The notes under the pieces: generated by a model
Told to the model about the DNA's origin: nothing
What the model saw: the letters and a program-made list of their open reading frames with translations, nothing else
Database searches by the model: none
Made by a program: the position numbers and the translations under genes
Part shown: positions 1 through 9,351 of the stretch, one piece after another
How the letters are laid out: every line of letters starts with the position of its first letter
Numbering within the stretch: position 1 is the stretch's first letter
DNA from: Candidatus Moraniibacteriota bacterium
GTDB lineage: Bacteria; Patescibacteriota; Minisyncoccia; Moranbacterales; UBA2206
Assembly: GCA_027351145.1 (NCBI GenBank)
Contig: DAIEIZ010000007.1
Location: forward strand, 1-41,641
DNA: 41,641 bases
Direction of reading: 5' to 3'

Positions 1-199
1 CCAAGGCTTCGCCTTTTTTAAGCTCAAAGTTAATATTTTCCAATGCAAAAAACTCATCCTTTCTAAGTTTGCCACGGTCGCGTGAAATTCCAAACATGTC
101 CCGTGCCACATCCAAGGAACCATAAAACATGCTCCGTCTCAAATTGCGACAGAACTTCTTATGTAGACCTTCAACTTTAATTACAACATCTGAATCCAT
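1..199 (-). CDS. wzt: Polysaccharide ABC transporter ATP-binding subunit (Wzt-like), N-terminal part; runs off the window edge
   Basis: Hand translation from ATG 199: MDSDVVIKVEGLHKKFCRNLRRSMFYGSLDVARDMFG...EFFALENINFELKKGEAL, a typical Wzt N-terminus; downstream of wzm. Confidence 0.85.
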   Translation of the reverse strand, partial: MDSDVVIKVEGLHKKFCRNLRRSMFYGSLDVARDMFGISRDRGKLRKDEFFALENINFELKKGEAL

Positions 200-263
200 A
201 CTGGATAATTTTAAAGGCTAAATTTAAAATTTGAAATGAATTTTAAATGCCTAAATTTTAATT

Positions 264-633
264 TCAACTATTTCTACCTTCAATCGTAATAATAATCTTA
301 GAAAAAATCATGGTCAATTCGTGTGCTTCCTGCAGACATTTGGCACACAACTCTACATTCTCACTGCTGGCTTTTCCCAAAAGTTGCAACCAATATTTTG
401 TTTCCTTTGCTTCCTTTTTGCATATATAAATCTTATTCTTGAAATCTTTCTTGGAGCTTGCGCCATTTGCCTCACAATAATTAGCACCTATACTAGTGGC
501 TGATCGCACAAGTTGGCTAAGCAGCGGAGTTGTGACGATATCTTTGTTTATCTTTCTAATCAAATGAATAATTTCTTTCACTGAATTTTGCAGTTCTTTC
601 CTCTAAATTATATTTTTCATTTGTTTTGTTCAT
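264..633 (-). pseudogene. Four-helix-bundle protein (23S rRNA intervening-sequence protein / bAvd-like fold) with an apparent +1 frameshift near 578
   Basis: ORF 264..581 has QLVRSATSIGANYCEA and KEAKETKYWL; the matching N-terminus MNKTNEKYNLEERTAKFSE starts at ATG 633 in another frame (gaaagaaatt where gaagaaatt would keep frame). Confidence 0.75.
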
Positions 634-692
634 TTAAAATTTATTATTTGATTTAAAACTTTAAATTTAAAATTTCAAATTATGCCCCCCCT

Positions 693-1550
693 CTACAGCA
701 TTTTTTCAATTACTTTCTCTTCCGAAACATAAAACAATCTCCAGGTCAGCATAAAGAAAATGAACGACCCAACTCCACACCAAGCAAAAGCAGCAAAATT
801 TTCAATCCTACCATAAGCAATTGCATCTCTCACGCCTCCAATAATATATGTCAGAGGGTTAATTCTGATTATTTTAGCAACGATTCCTCCCATGGAATCA
901 GCGCTATAAATTATCGGCGTAAAGAAAATAAAAAGCCCTAGCCCTATATCCATAATTCTCCTGACTTCATTAGCAACCACCCCCATCACTGAAACCAAAA
1001 GACCGATTCCCGCTCCCAAAAAAAGCATCGGTAAAATTAAAATAGGAAAAAGAAAAATTAACCAACTAGGAACGACATGAAAAAGAAGGAGTACAATCAA
1101 TGTTACCACAAAACTGGCTAAAAAATTGGCCAGCTGTTGAAAAATTTGCTTGGCCAAAAGTGCCTCATGTGGATATTTTACTTGCATGATAAAACCCTGC
1201 CCGGAATTTAAGGTTTCCGCGGCAGATGAATAGAATCCCATAAAAAGTCCCCAGAAAGAGGTTCCGAGCAAGATATATGCTGGATATGGAATGCCCACAT
1301 TACCAGGTTTGAGCACGCCAGCATAATTCATAAACACCCAAGACACGATTCCGAAAATTGGAGAAAGAATGATCCAACCAATGCCCAAAAATGATTTTTT
1401 ATAGGCAGCGAGGAAATCACGCGAAAAAAGCTGCCAAATGAGCTCTTGAGAATTTTTAACATTTTTCGCCATCAAAAAAAGACTCCGCAAAAAGCCTGTT
1501 TTTTGACGGGAATTTGGACTATACACTACAACTTTTTCACAACTATTCAT
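693..1550 (-). CDS. wzm: ABC-2 polysaccharide export permease (Wzm-like)
   Basis: YKKSFLGIGWIILSP, FTPIIY and INPLTYII motifs, multiple TM helices; probable start ATG 1550 (MNSCEKVVVY). Confidence 0.85.
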   Translation of the reverse strand: MNSCEKVVVYSPNSRQKTGFLRSLFLMAKNVKNSQELIWQLFSRDFLAAYKKSFLGIGWIILSPIFGIVSWVFMNYAGVLKPGNVGIPYPAYILLGTSFWGLFMGFYSSAAETLNSGQGFIMQVKYPHEALLAKQIFQQLANFLASFVVTLIVLLLFHVVPSWLIFLFPILILPMLFLGAGIGLLVSVMGVVANEVRRIMDIGLGLFIFFTPIIYSADSMGGIVAKIIRINPLTYIIGGVRDAIAYGRIENFAAFAWCGVGSFIFFMLTWRLFYVSEEKVIEKML

Positions 1551-1658
1551 AATATACCAAAAAAAAATAGCAAAACCTCTCTGGTCAATCCTAAAAAACA
1601 CGCTTAACTCATCAGCCACCAGAGCACTCCTAAATTATACCTCCGATCCGCGTTGCGG

Positions 1659-1715
1659 TCAAAGGAAAGAAGGGCTGGGTTTTGGACAGATTTTGACTTC
1701 AATGATGGGAAGCAT
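1659..1715 (-). pseudogene. Short remnant of a Wzt-like ABC ATPase N-terminus
   Basis: atg ctt ccc atc att gaa gtc aaa (a)at ctg tcc aaa = MLPIIEVK(N)LSK if one A is restored; lies just downstream of the wzm ending at 1776. Confidence 0.45.
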
Positions 1716-1775
1716 AGGGGCTCAGGTTATAAAGTTTGTAAAGTTTATGCAGTAAAATTCGTGTAAATTCATAAA

Positions 1776-2602
1776 TTAAGCCAGATCAGCAAAGAATCTT
1801 TCGGTTTTTTTAAATTTGAACACTCCGAAGAAGAATAATGCGATGGAAATTGCAATAGAAATAAACAACAATTGAAAATTTATCGGTGTCACTCCCAGAA
1901 ATAATGATCTGACAGTTTCAATTACGCCGGTCATGGGATTGAGCGCCAGAATCCATTGATACTTTCCGCCTACCAAAAAATGACCGGCGTGACATACATT
2001 AAAATCTGGATAAAAAATGGCAGCGCATAGCGCACATCCCGATATTTTAAATTGATTGAAGCAAGGAAAAGCCCAGGTCCGGAGGATGCCAGAAAAGAAA
2101 TAAAAAACAGAACCGGCAGCATTAGAATGCCGGTGAACATCGGAAACATATAATAATACAACATAAAAGCAACTAGGACCAGAAGCGAGATGCCCAGATC
2201 AATGAGCGGAGTGAGCGTGGAAGAAATCGGTAAAATCAGCCTGGGGAAATAGACTTTTTTTATGATGTTTTCGTTATCAATAATTGTGTTACTGACTCCG
2301 GTCAAGGAAATTGAGAAATAATTCCAAAACATTATCCCCACAAAAGCAAAGATTGGATATGGAATGCCGTCGGAAGGAACTTTGGCCAACTTTCCAAAAA
2401 AGAACGAGAAAATAGCCACCATCAAAACCGGCTGCAAAATAGCCCAAATGATTCCCAGGGCAGTTTGCTTGTAGCGCACTTTAATGTCACGCCAAGCAAA
2501 AATAAAAGCCAGCTCGCGATAGAGCCAGAGTTCTTTCAAATTTAAATCAAACCACCCTTTTTGCGGTTTGATGATTATTTCAAAATTTGCTGTTTTTTCC
2601 AT
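1776..2602 (-). pseudogene. wzm: Second Wzm-like ABC-2 permease, frameshifted at about 1975-1980
   Basis: 1970..2602 (RDIKVRYKQTALGIIWAILQP...YVTPVIF) and 1776..1976 (LNPMTGVIE...ERFFADLA) are consecutive parts of one permease in different frames, joined at a T6 run. Confidence 0.8.
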
Positions 2603-2614
2603 AAAAATTTTCTC

Positions 2615-3010
2615 CTAGGGCCTGATCTTTTCTTTGATTTTTTCAGCAATTAACTTGCTTACATCCCAATACCCCGTCAGCCTTTCATATAGACTATTGG
2701 CCATTTTTTCAGAATAGGTATGCACTGATAAATTTCTATCATTAGCCATCACCAGGCACTTTTCGATATTTTCTTCAGATAGACCTAAAATTGTGCGAAT
2801 TTCACGAAAACACGATTTGGGAGAATTGCACTCAATGCCCTCATATTCTTTTAGATACATTTTTATTGTTTTCCAAAGAAGTTCGAAGGAAAATTCATAG
2901 CGTTGAATTGTTGCATCGCGATTAAGATCGGAAAATGGTGCATCAAGAGCATTTTTCCAGGAAATCAAAGCCTGTTCCAGGTCAGAAAATTTCTCTTCTA
3001 GATAATCCAT
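2615..3010 (-). CDS. HEPN-domain protein (HI0074-like), predicted toxin of an MNT-HEPN pair
   Basis: RDATIQRYEFSFELLWK and RNLSVHTY (RX4HXY); overlaps the upstream MNT gene by 13 nt. Confidence 0.85.
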   Translation of the reverse strand: MDYLEEKFSDLEQALISWKNALDAPFSDLNRDATIQRYEFSFELLWKTIKMYLKEYEGIECNSPKSCFREIRTILGLSEENIEKCLVMANDRNLSVHTYSEKMANSLYERLTGYWDVSKLIAEKIKEKIRP

Positions 3011-3285
3011 ATTTTTGGTCCGTCCATAACGCGGGCGCGGAATGGATCATTGGTATCATTGATATTAATTACATCGAATTTATAGGGCAAAGCTGATTCA
3101 TCAAGGGCGTCTTTGATCTTGGAGATGACACTGTCTATTTCCTTGTTCTCGCTGACAATCGCTACGTCAACATCGTTAAACTTTGCATTTTCGACGCTTG
3201 AACCAAAAACAAAAACTCGGTCATCTTTCTCGAGCCGCTCTTTGAAAATTTCTTTAATCTTAACAAAATATCTTTCTTCGATCAT
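2998..3285 (-). CDS. Minimal nucleotidyltransferase (MNT), predicted antitoxin
   Basis: VFGSSVENAKFNDVDVAI (GS...DxD) and LPYKFDVI; likely start ATG 3285. Confidence 0.85.
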   Translation of the reverse strand: MIEERYFVKIKEIFKERLEKDDRVFVFGSSVENAKFNDVDVAIVSENKEIDSVISKIKDALDESALPYKFDVININDTNDPFRARVMDGPKIWII

Positions 3286-3291
3286 AATCCT

Positions 3292-3320
3292 ATTGTACCC
3301 GCTTTTAGCTGTAATTGCAA
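3292..3320 (-). promoter_or_regulatory. Sigma70-type promoter of the MNT-HEPN operon, probably leaderless
   Basis: TTGCAA-17 nt-TACAAT, then 6 nt, then ATG 3285. Confidence 0.65.
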
Positions 3321-3327
3321 CTTGCAA

Positions 3328-6300
3328 TCACCCTCTCGCTTTTTTTGACCGGAGTCTGATTTTTCCGTGAAAATTTTGTCCCAGAAGAGAAAAAAATATT
3401 GCCAGCGAGCCCCAAAGTGGATAGGATGGCCAACTTTTGACAAAGGATTTATCTTGACGCATTGTGCTGGCACCGGCCACTTTGCCCGCCACGTTCGCCT
3501 TGGGACCGCGCGCGATAGAAACGGCCAGCGGCTCAAACGTCAGACCGGACTTTTTTGAATTAAATTGGGGAACCGCCTGAATAGTCTCCTTTAACACTAC
3601 AGTTTCATCCGCGCCTGCTACGACACTTGAAGCAGTATTTGACTGGAAGGGTGTTATCTCATTAAACTGCTCAGTTATTTGAGAATCAGGGATAGGCATG
3701 ACACCAAAAACATCCATAACGGATTTTGGCTCCAGTGGGAGGTCAGCCGATGAACTGATGATTCTGATCTCTCCGGTATATTTCATCACTCCGCTCTTCG
3801 CCTTTTTCTGATTTGTTGATTGGCTCTTTTTTGCCTCATGCTTCTTTTTGTGTTTTCGTTCGGTTGGATTTTCAGAAGTTGCCACAGTCACATTTAAATC
3901 TTCTGCTTTTGCAATGTCCGCGTCTGAATCAGCCGGCGCATCGGCAGGATCATCCTTGACGTTTGATGAATCCGGAACGGACGCAGGGTCAGGAGCAGGG
4001 TCAGGCATGGGCGGTTCATCAACATCCTTCGGCGAAGCTTTGACGCTGGTGAAAATAACCTCCACATCCGTCCAGTTTCCCGCTTCGTCCATTGCTTCGA
4101 TCCAAAAATCATGTTCCCCCGGTTCCACCTCCGACAGATCAATCGTATCGCCCGTAATCTCATTATCATCTAGCCATTTTTCAATCGAAATATTTTTTGT
4201 TGCGCTCACTGCGTCCGAAACAGCATATTGGATAGTAATTTTTTCATCGTTCGCGTATTCTTTGCCTTCTTGTGGAGCGCTGACGTTGAGAACCGGCGGA
4301 GTGATATCATGCTCGATAATTTCTTCAATCGGCGCGTCCGATTCTTGCGAATTACTAGCCACTGCAAATTCTTGCTCTCCCTCTTTTTTCACTTCCACCT
4401 CGGTCGATTTCGATTGATTTTCATGTTCGCCATTCAGACTCGCATATTCCACGCCCAGATGATATTTTTCTCCGTCAGCGCCATTCTTGTTCCCGTGCAG
4501 TCTGATCGTGTAATCACCTGTTTTAGGATTGGGAATAGAAGCAATCTTGAACCCGTCTTTGTTTTTCTCTTCGGCATAACGCGAATCTGTGATTCCTTCA
4601 TTGCCTCGCGAAACCGTGCCGCCCTCCGGATCGGTAATTTGCAAGTCAGCCGGCGCGTCGGTCCAGATAGTGAGTTCATTGTCAACTTTTGGCGCGTCAA
4701 AAATATCCGTCAAAGATTTGTCCAACCGCTCGGCGACAATTTTTTCCGAACGACTGACAATTTGCCGGTGATCATACTCCAGCACATCGCGAAAATCACT
4801 AGAAACATCCCCGGAGGCAATGAGCACTTCACCGTCCCCTTTTGCATCATCCCATTGAGGATCAATCGGATCGGGTTTCCCGTCTTTCCAAAGATCGTCT
4901 TCATCCACCGAAACGACCGGAATCCTATTCACCGTATCTTGCTTATCACCTAAAATGACGCTGAACCGGGTTTTTTCCTTGAGACTATTCATGTTCAAAC
5001 CCAACCCTTGCAAAAAAGTATTTTGTTCTTCCATCGCTTGATATTTTTTCAAATCACTTGAACCGGCTGGCTGCAAATAGTCATAGGTTGGCATTAGTTC
5101 TTTGAGGGATGGGATGTAATTGTGGATAATGTCATAGTAATTTGAAACCCCGCTCTTAGTTGCTTTTAAATACTCAAGATACGTTTTTATAACAAATTTG
5201 CTACCCCAATTATTTGGTATCCGTCCACCCTCCCAAATCGAATAAACGTCAGATGATCCACGGTTAGGCGGAGCGATCATGATAAGATTATCCACATCAT
5301 TGGCATAATCAATGTTTTGCACATAACTGCGCGCCACCAGACTGCCCATTGAATGCGTGACGATATTCACCTTGTTCGCGTCATTTTTAGCCAGGGCTTT
5401 TTGGATGAGCGGCTTGAGATAGTGCTCGGCTGAATCGGCATTGCTTTTGCGCCAATCATAATAGCCGATAAAAAAATTCTGGCCTTCAACATAACCCATT
5501 GCCTTGAAAGCGGTAAGGATGCCGTCATAAGTGTGATCAAACATCGTCCAATTATCCGCCAGCGCCCCGCTAATCATCAAGTCCGGATTGATTGAAGCGC
5601 CGATGCCAGGGATAAAAATGACAGGTTCTTTGGGGATATTAGGATCACTCTCGTCCCACGGTCGAAAAAGCACGCTTGTGCCCACAATCCGGTTTCCTGT
5701 GCCGGCAGGATTATCCTTTTCCTTTCCCCCGTTTCGATAGACATAGTTTGGTCCGCTGGAACTGCCCCACCAATTGTAGCGGGCGTCAAAAGAAACCGAC
5801 GAGTCTCCTCCATAGACCGCCCGCACTCCGTCGCGATTGTCAAAAATAGCACTGTTTCTGATTTTAGGCACTCGTTCGGGATTAGCTCCGATAATTTCCA
5901 CTCCGCTGTAATTGCCGCTTAACGTCAGTTGTTCCAAGGTTGGCTCAGCATAGCGCAAGGCAATTCCCGCCGCTAAGCAATAGCGGACTTCACTATGCCG
6001 AACGCTCAGATAATTTTTATAGGGATTATTGGAATCGATAGTCTGATGAGCAATTCCATTTGTCGCATAAAAAACTTTGGCATATTCAATTGTCGATTGC
6101 TGGCGATATTGCGGATCAAATACCAGCCCCCGCCAATCCCCCTTGAGCGGTGAACGATAGGAGCAATAGGCATTGGTCTCCCCTCCATAGGCGCTATCGC
6201 AAGTGGAAGTGAAGACAATTGGCGCAGACGGCGTTCCAATGGCAGAAAAAGTGCTCGCGACGCCTAAACCCGCGTTGGAAAAATTTTTGAACTTCACCAC

Positions 6301-6501
6301 CACGCCCGGTTCGATTGTCAGTGGAGCGTTAACCGAGAGAAAGCTTTGGATGATATAGGGACTGCCTGCCGCGGTCCAAGTGGTGGGTACAGTAATGTTG
6401 GCCAAAATTTCTGTCGCGGCTAATGCCCGGCCAGGCTTAGCAGCTGCGACAAAAACAGCCATTACTGTTGCCAGCAGGAAACTACTTTTCAGTTTTTTCA
6501 T
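3328..6501 (-). CDS. Large secreted, membrane-anchored protein: beta-helix-like N-terminal region, alpha/beta-hydrolase (lipase/LCAT/PGAP1-like), Ig-like domain, low-complexity linker, C-terminal hydrophobic helix
   Basis: Signal peptide; WTAAGSPY, LTIEPGVVVKF, DARYNWWG; hydrolase motifs IFIPGIGAS, YDWRKS, IVTHSMGSLVAR, GDGEV, DHRQI; Pro/Asp- and Lys-rich linker. Confidence 0.75.
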   Translation of the reverse strand: MKKLKSSFLLATVMAVFVAAAKPGRALAATEILANITVPTTWTAAGSPYIIQSFLSVNAPLTIEPGVVVKFKNFSNAGLGVASTFSAIGTPSAPIVFTSTCDSAYGGETNAYCSYRSPLKGDWRGLVFDPQYRQQSTIEYAKVFYATNGIAHQTIDSNNPYKNYLSVRHSEVRYCLAAGIALRYAEPTLEQLTLSGNYSGVEIIGANPERVPKIRNSAIFDNRDGVRAVYGGDSSVSFDARYNWWGSSSGPNYVYRNGGKEKDNPAGTGNRIVGTSVLFRPWDESDPNIPKEPVIFIPGIGASINPDLMISGALADNWTMFDHTYDGILTAFKAMGYVEGQNFFIGYYDWRKSNADSAEHYLKPLIQKALAKNDANKVNIVTHSMGSLVARSYVQNIDYANDVDNLIMIAPPNRGSSDVYSIWEGGRIPNNWGSKFVIKTYLEYLKATKSGVSNYYDIIHNYIPSLKELMPTYDYLQPAGSSDLKKYQAMEEQNTFLQGLGLNMNSLKEKTRFSVILGDKQDTVNRIPVVSVDEDDLWKDGKPDPIDPQWDDAKGDGEVLIASGDVSSDFRDVLEYDHRQIVSRSEKIVAERLDKSLTDIFDAPKVDNELTIWTDAPADLQITDPEGGTVSRGNEGITDSRYAEEKNKDGFKIASIPNPKTGDYTIRLHGNKNGADGEKYHLGVEYASLNGEHENQSKSTEVEVKKEGEQEFAVASNSQESDAPIEEIIEHDITPPVLNVSAPQEGKEYANDEKITIQYAVSDAVSATKNISIEKWLDDNEITGDTIDLSEVEPGEHDFWIEAMDEAGNWTDVEVIFTSVKASPKDVDEPPMPDPAPDPASVPDSSNVKDDPADAPADSDADIAKAEDLNVTVATSENPTERKHKKKHEAKKSQSTNQKKAKSGVMKYTGEIRIISSSADLPLEPKSVMDVFGVMPIPDSQITEQFNEITPFQSNTASSVVAGADETVVLKETIQAVPQFNSKKSGLTFEPLAVSIARGPKANVAGKVAGASTMRQDKSFVKSWPSYPLWGSLAIFFSLLGQNFHGKIRLRSKKARG

Positions 6502-6513
6502 TTTATCCCATCG

Positions 6514-6547
6514 GTAGAGACGCCCCGCCAGGGCGGGGCGTCTCTAC
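6514..6547. repeat. GTAG-type REP-like palindrome
   Basis: gtagagacgccccgcc-ag-ggcggggcgtctctac: perfect 16-bp arms with GTAG/CTAC ends, GC-rich in an AT-rich spacer. Confidence 0.7.
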
Positions 6548-6563
6548 TTTTTTCATTTTTATT

Positions 6564-6992
6564 TTAGAAATAATTATGCAATTCACTAAACGCTTTTGGC
6601 AAAAGCACAAGCGCCCAATAGAGAAAAATGGAAACGAAAATTAGCGCGGAAAATAACGCGTCTAGAACAAGAGTGCGGAGGGAAAACTTGGTCTGATTTA
6701 GTTTTGTGAAGATGAAAGGTGAAATTATTACAAGGAAAATGACTAGCAAAATTGGATATAAACTGAAATCGTCATAAAAATAATACAGATTTGCATTTGT
6801 CTTAGCAGCCCAATTACTCAAAAAACTGTCAATAAAATAAATATAAGCAAAAAGAAGAATGAGCGTTCCCATCGAGCTTGCCACCAAATATTTCCGCCCT
6901 TTTTTTTGGCGCAAAAACTTCAACCAAAAAAACGGCGAGATGATGATTGACGCAAACAAAATTGAGCAAAACCAAACAAGAATCGTTTTCAT
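6564..6992 (-). CDS. Hypothetical integral membrane protein (about 4 TM helices)
   Basis: 142-aa ATG-started hydrophobic ORF; extended -10 TGTGGTATAAT upstream. Confidence 0.7.
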   Translation of the reverse strand: MKTILVWFCSILFASIIISPFFWLKFLRQKKGRKYLVASSMGTLILLFAYIYFIDSFLSNWAAKTNANLYYFYDDFSLYPILLVIFLVIISPFIFTKLNQTKFSLRTLVLDALFSALIFVSIFLYWALVLLPKAFSELHNYF

Positions 6993-7027
6993 TTTTTTTT
7001 GGAAAAAGATGCTTACTCCCTAAAAAT

Positions 7028-7077
7028 ATTATACCACAAAATTCATTTTTTGTTATTTTTAGCATCCGTAGTATAAT
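7028..7077. promoter_or_regulatory. Divergent promoters
   Basis: Minus strand TGTGGTATAAT at 7038..7028; plus strand TTGTTA-16 nt-TATAAT (7050..7077), 6 nt before ATG 7084. Confidence 0.55.
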
Positions 7078-7083
7078 TAATCC

Positions 7084-8658
7084 ATGCTCAACTTTCGCAA
7101 GATTTTAGATTTTTGCCAAAGACCCAACTTCCTTCTGGGTGGTATTCTTTTTACCTTTCTCCTCAAAGGTCTTGTTTTTGCGCTTATCATTCCGGTCTTT
7201 CAAGGTCCCGATGAATACATCCACTATGCCACTGTGCAGTATCTCGCCGAACCGAAAAACAAAACTTGGCCAATCAAAACCGAGGCGCGGCAAACGCAAG
7301 ACACTAAAGACATCCCTAGTTATCATTTCACGGATGAGATCATTGCTTTTTCCCGATTAACTGAAAGTTGGAATCTTTCCGGCGAACCGCACAACCGGCA
7401 AGTTTTTGACCCGGCCCTAATCGCAAAAAATGAAGCGGAAATGCGTAGCGGAAAATACGCCTCGCGCATCAGCGTTTATCCGCCCGACGTCGTTCCCAGC
7501 ACCAACCTCGCTCACCAAATTGCCGCTTGGGAAGAAAAAATAATGGCCCAAAAAGATTTTTTCTTCCGTTATTTCACCTTGCGCTTTTTGGCAATTTTCT
7601 ATGGAATGATCACTTTGATCTGCGCCTATTTCATTTTCATTTGGAGCGGGATGCAAAAAAAACAGGCGCTCCTTCTTACCGGAATTATCGCTTTTCAGCC
7701 GATGTTTTCCGCCACCACAGCCATTATCAACTATGATCCGCTACTCATTGCTTTCTTTTCTCTTTTTTTGCTTTGCGGTACTTCGATTATCGTGCATGGT
7801 CCTCGCTACATAAATTTCATCGGACTCTTCTTCTTCGCCCTAGGCGCTATTCTCACTAAAGGAACAGGCGGGATATTGCTTCTTCTCGGTATCAGTCTCA
7901 TCGCCTGGACACTTCGCAAATATTTTTATCAACTCAGCCGCTGGCAAAAAAGTGCCACATTTCTTGTCCTTGCTGCTCTTATCATCCTTTTGTTCTTTTT
8001 CTCCCCGATTAACTACACCTCGACATTTTCAGCGTTCAAAAAAGCCGACGCAACAAGCGCACTGGCAGATTATTTTAACAATAACCTTTTTGACTGGGGA
8101 AAAATTGAACGCACCGAAGGGACCTATTGGGGCACATTTGGCTGGCTCGACACCCAAATCCACCCTTTCGTACTTTACTCCATAATTTTCATTGAATTTG
8201 TTTCTTTTTTAGGCTTCATTTTTCTCCTCTTTTATTGGCTGCGCCATCGGCACTTTTTGCAAAAACTGACAGATTTCTCAAGAAAGCTGAAAAGATTTTT
8301 GCCTAAATTTCTTTCTCATGCATTTATCAAAATCAAAAGTGTTATCACGCAAGAAAAAGACTTTCTGCCCAAGCCGGAAATTCTTGTCTTTTTTGCCATC
8401 TCCACAATTCTCCTGCAACTAGCAGTCCGCTTTTACGACTGGGTTGGCATTTTTTCCAATGGAGAAGGCGTTGGACTTCCCGGGCGATATTTCCTGCCTA
8501 ATATTATCCCCCATTTCCTGTTTCTTGCCACAGGTTTTGGAGCACTCTCAAAAAATGCTCATATTTTTGAATTAATCCTTAAGACGATTTTTCTTCTTAT
8601 GGTCCTGCTTAGTTTCTATGCGATTTTCCTTATTATTATTCCCCGTTACTATCTATGA
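7084..8658 (+). CDS. GT-C-fold membrane glycosyltransferase-like protein (DUF2142/PMT-like)
   Basis: PVFQGPDEYIHY after the first TM helix, INYDPL, LTKG, YWGTFGWLD, GRYFLP; many TM helices. Confidence 0.7.
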   Translation: MLNFRKILDFCQRPNFLLGGILFTFLLKGLVFALIIPVFQGPDEYIHYATVQYLAEPKNKTWPIKTEARQTQDTKDIPSYHFTDEIIAFSRLTESWNLSGEPHNRQVFDPALIAKNEAEMRSGKYASRISVYPPDVVPSTNLAHQIAAWEEKIMAQKDFFFRYFTLRFLAIFYGMITLICAYFIFIWSGMQKKQALLLTGIIAFQPMFSATTAIINYDPLLIAFFSLFLLCGTSIIVHGPRYINFIGLFFFALGAILTKGTGGILLLLGISLIAWTLRKYFYQLSRWQKSATFLVLAALIILLFFFSPINYTSTFSAFKKADATSALADYFNNNLFDWGKIERTEGTYWGTFGWLDTQIHPFVLYSIIFIEFVSFLGFIFLLFYWLRHRHFLQKLTDFSRKLKRFLPKFLSHAFIKIKSVITQEKDFLPKPEILVFFAISTILLQLAVRFYDWVGIFSNGEGVGLPGRYFLPNIIPHFLFLATGFGALSKNAHIFELILKTIFLLMVLLSFYAIFLIIIPRYYL

Positions 8659-9350
8659 CAACTTTTAACAATAAAAAAACAATTAAATGGCTCATTGGAA
8701 TATTTATTTTTGGATTTCTTCTGATTATTTTCACTTTTTGGCGCTGGCTGGTTTTTCCCACTGATTACCGCCTATTTGAAACAAACGGGAAAATCATTCT
8801 CCAACCAAATGAAGCGCTCTCTCAAGTTTTTGAAGCGAAAGATGACAATCTTTCACAAATCCAAATTATTCTCCACAATGAAGCTATGCCCTGGGGAGAA
8901 AATTTGACGCTTTCCATCCGCGATGAAAATTGTGAAAATGTCATCCGTAGCACACAAGTTGACTGGCCACTGCACGCGCCCAAGCAATATGATTATTTCA
9001 CTTTTCCTGTCATTCCTGATTCCAAGAATCAAACCTATTGCCTCTATCTCCTTTTTGAAGCGCCCAAAAAACGCAAAAATATGCCCTATGTACTCACAAT
9101 GGAAAACACAGGGGATGCCAAGGATCAAATCACAGAATGGAAAAAAAGTGGCATACCAAAAGAATACCCGGAGCAATCCTTCGTTTTCCACGCCACCTAT
9201 GCAACAAACACCGCGCAAACGCTCTCAGAATTCGCAAGAAGGCTTAGCGCATATAAGGCCAACTATTTCCAAGGTAACGCGTCCCTTTGGATTATTGCGA
9301 TCTTTTTGCTCGTGACACTTGCCCTAACCCTTATCCTTCTTCTTTTTTAA
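8655..9350 (+). CDS. Hypothetical membrane protein with an extracytoplasmic domain between N- and C-terminal TM helices
   Basis: ATGA overlap with the upstream gene; hydrophobic termini. Confidence 0.65.
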   Translation: MTTFNNKKTIKWLIGIFIFGFLLIIFTFWRWLVFPTDYRLFETNGKIILQPNEALSQVFEAKDDNLSQIQIILHNEAMPWGENLTLSIRDENCENVIRSTQVDWPLHAPKQYDYFTFPVIPDSKNQTYCLYLLFEAPKKRKNMPYVLTMENTGDAKDQITEWKKSGIPKEYPEQSFVFHATYATNTAQTLSEFARRLSAYKANYFQGNASLWIIAIFLLVTLALTLILLLF

Positions 9351-9351
9351 C

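Noticed and set aside
1551..1619. Extended N-termini in the ORF track for wzm, and likewise MNT, fcl, the comEC nuclease domain, nrdD and the small nrd ORF
   Set aside because: The extensions cover promoter or intergenic sequence or overlap neighbours; downstream starts fit the family N-termini better
3984..4006. gcagggtcagg tandem duplication
   Set aside because: Encodes the PDPAPDPA linker; ordinary coding low complexity
3848..4953. Long plus-strand ORFs (189 and 241 aa)
   Set aside because: Fully antisense to the 1057-aa gene with no recognisable motifs; the same applies to the other short overlapping ORFs in the track
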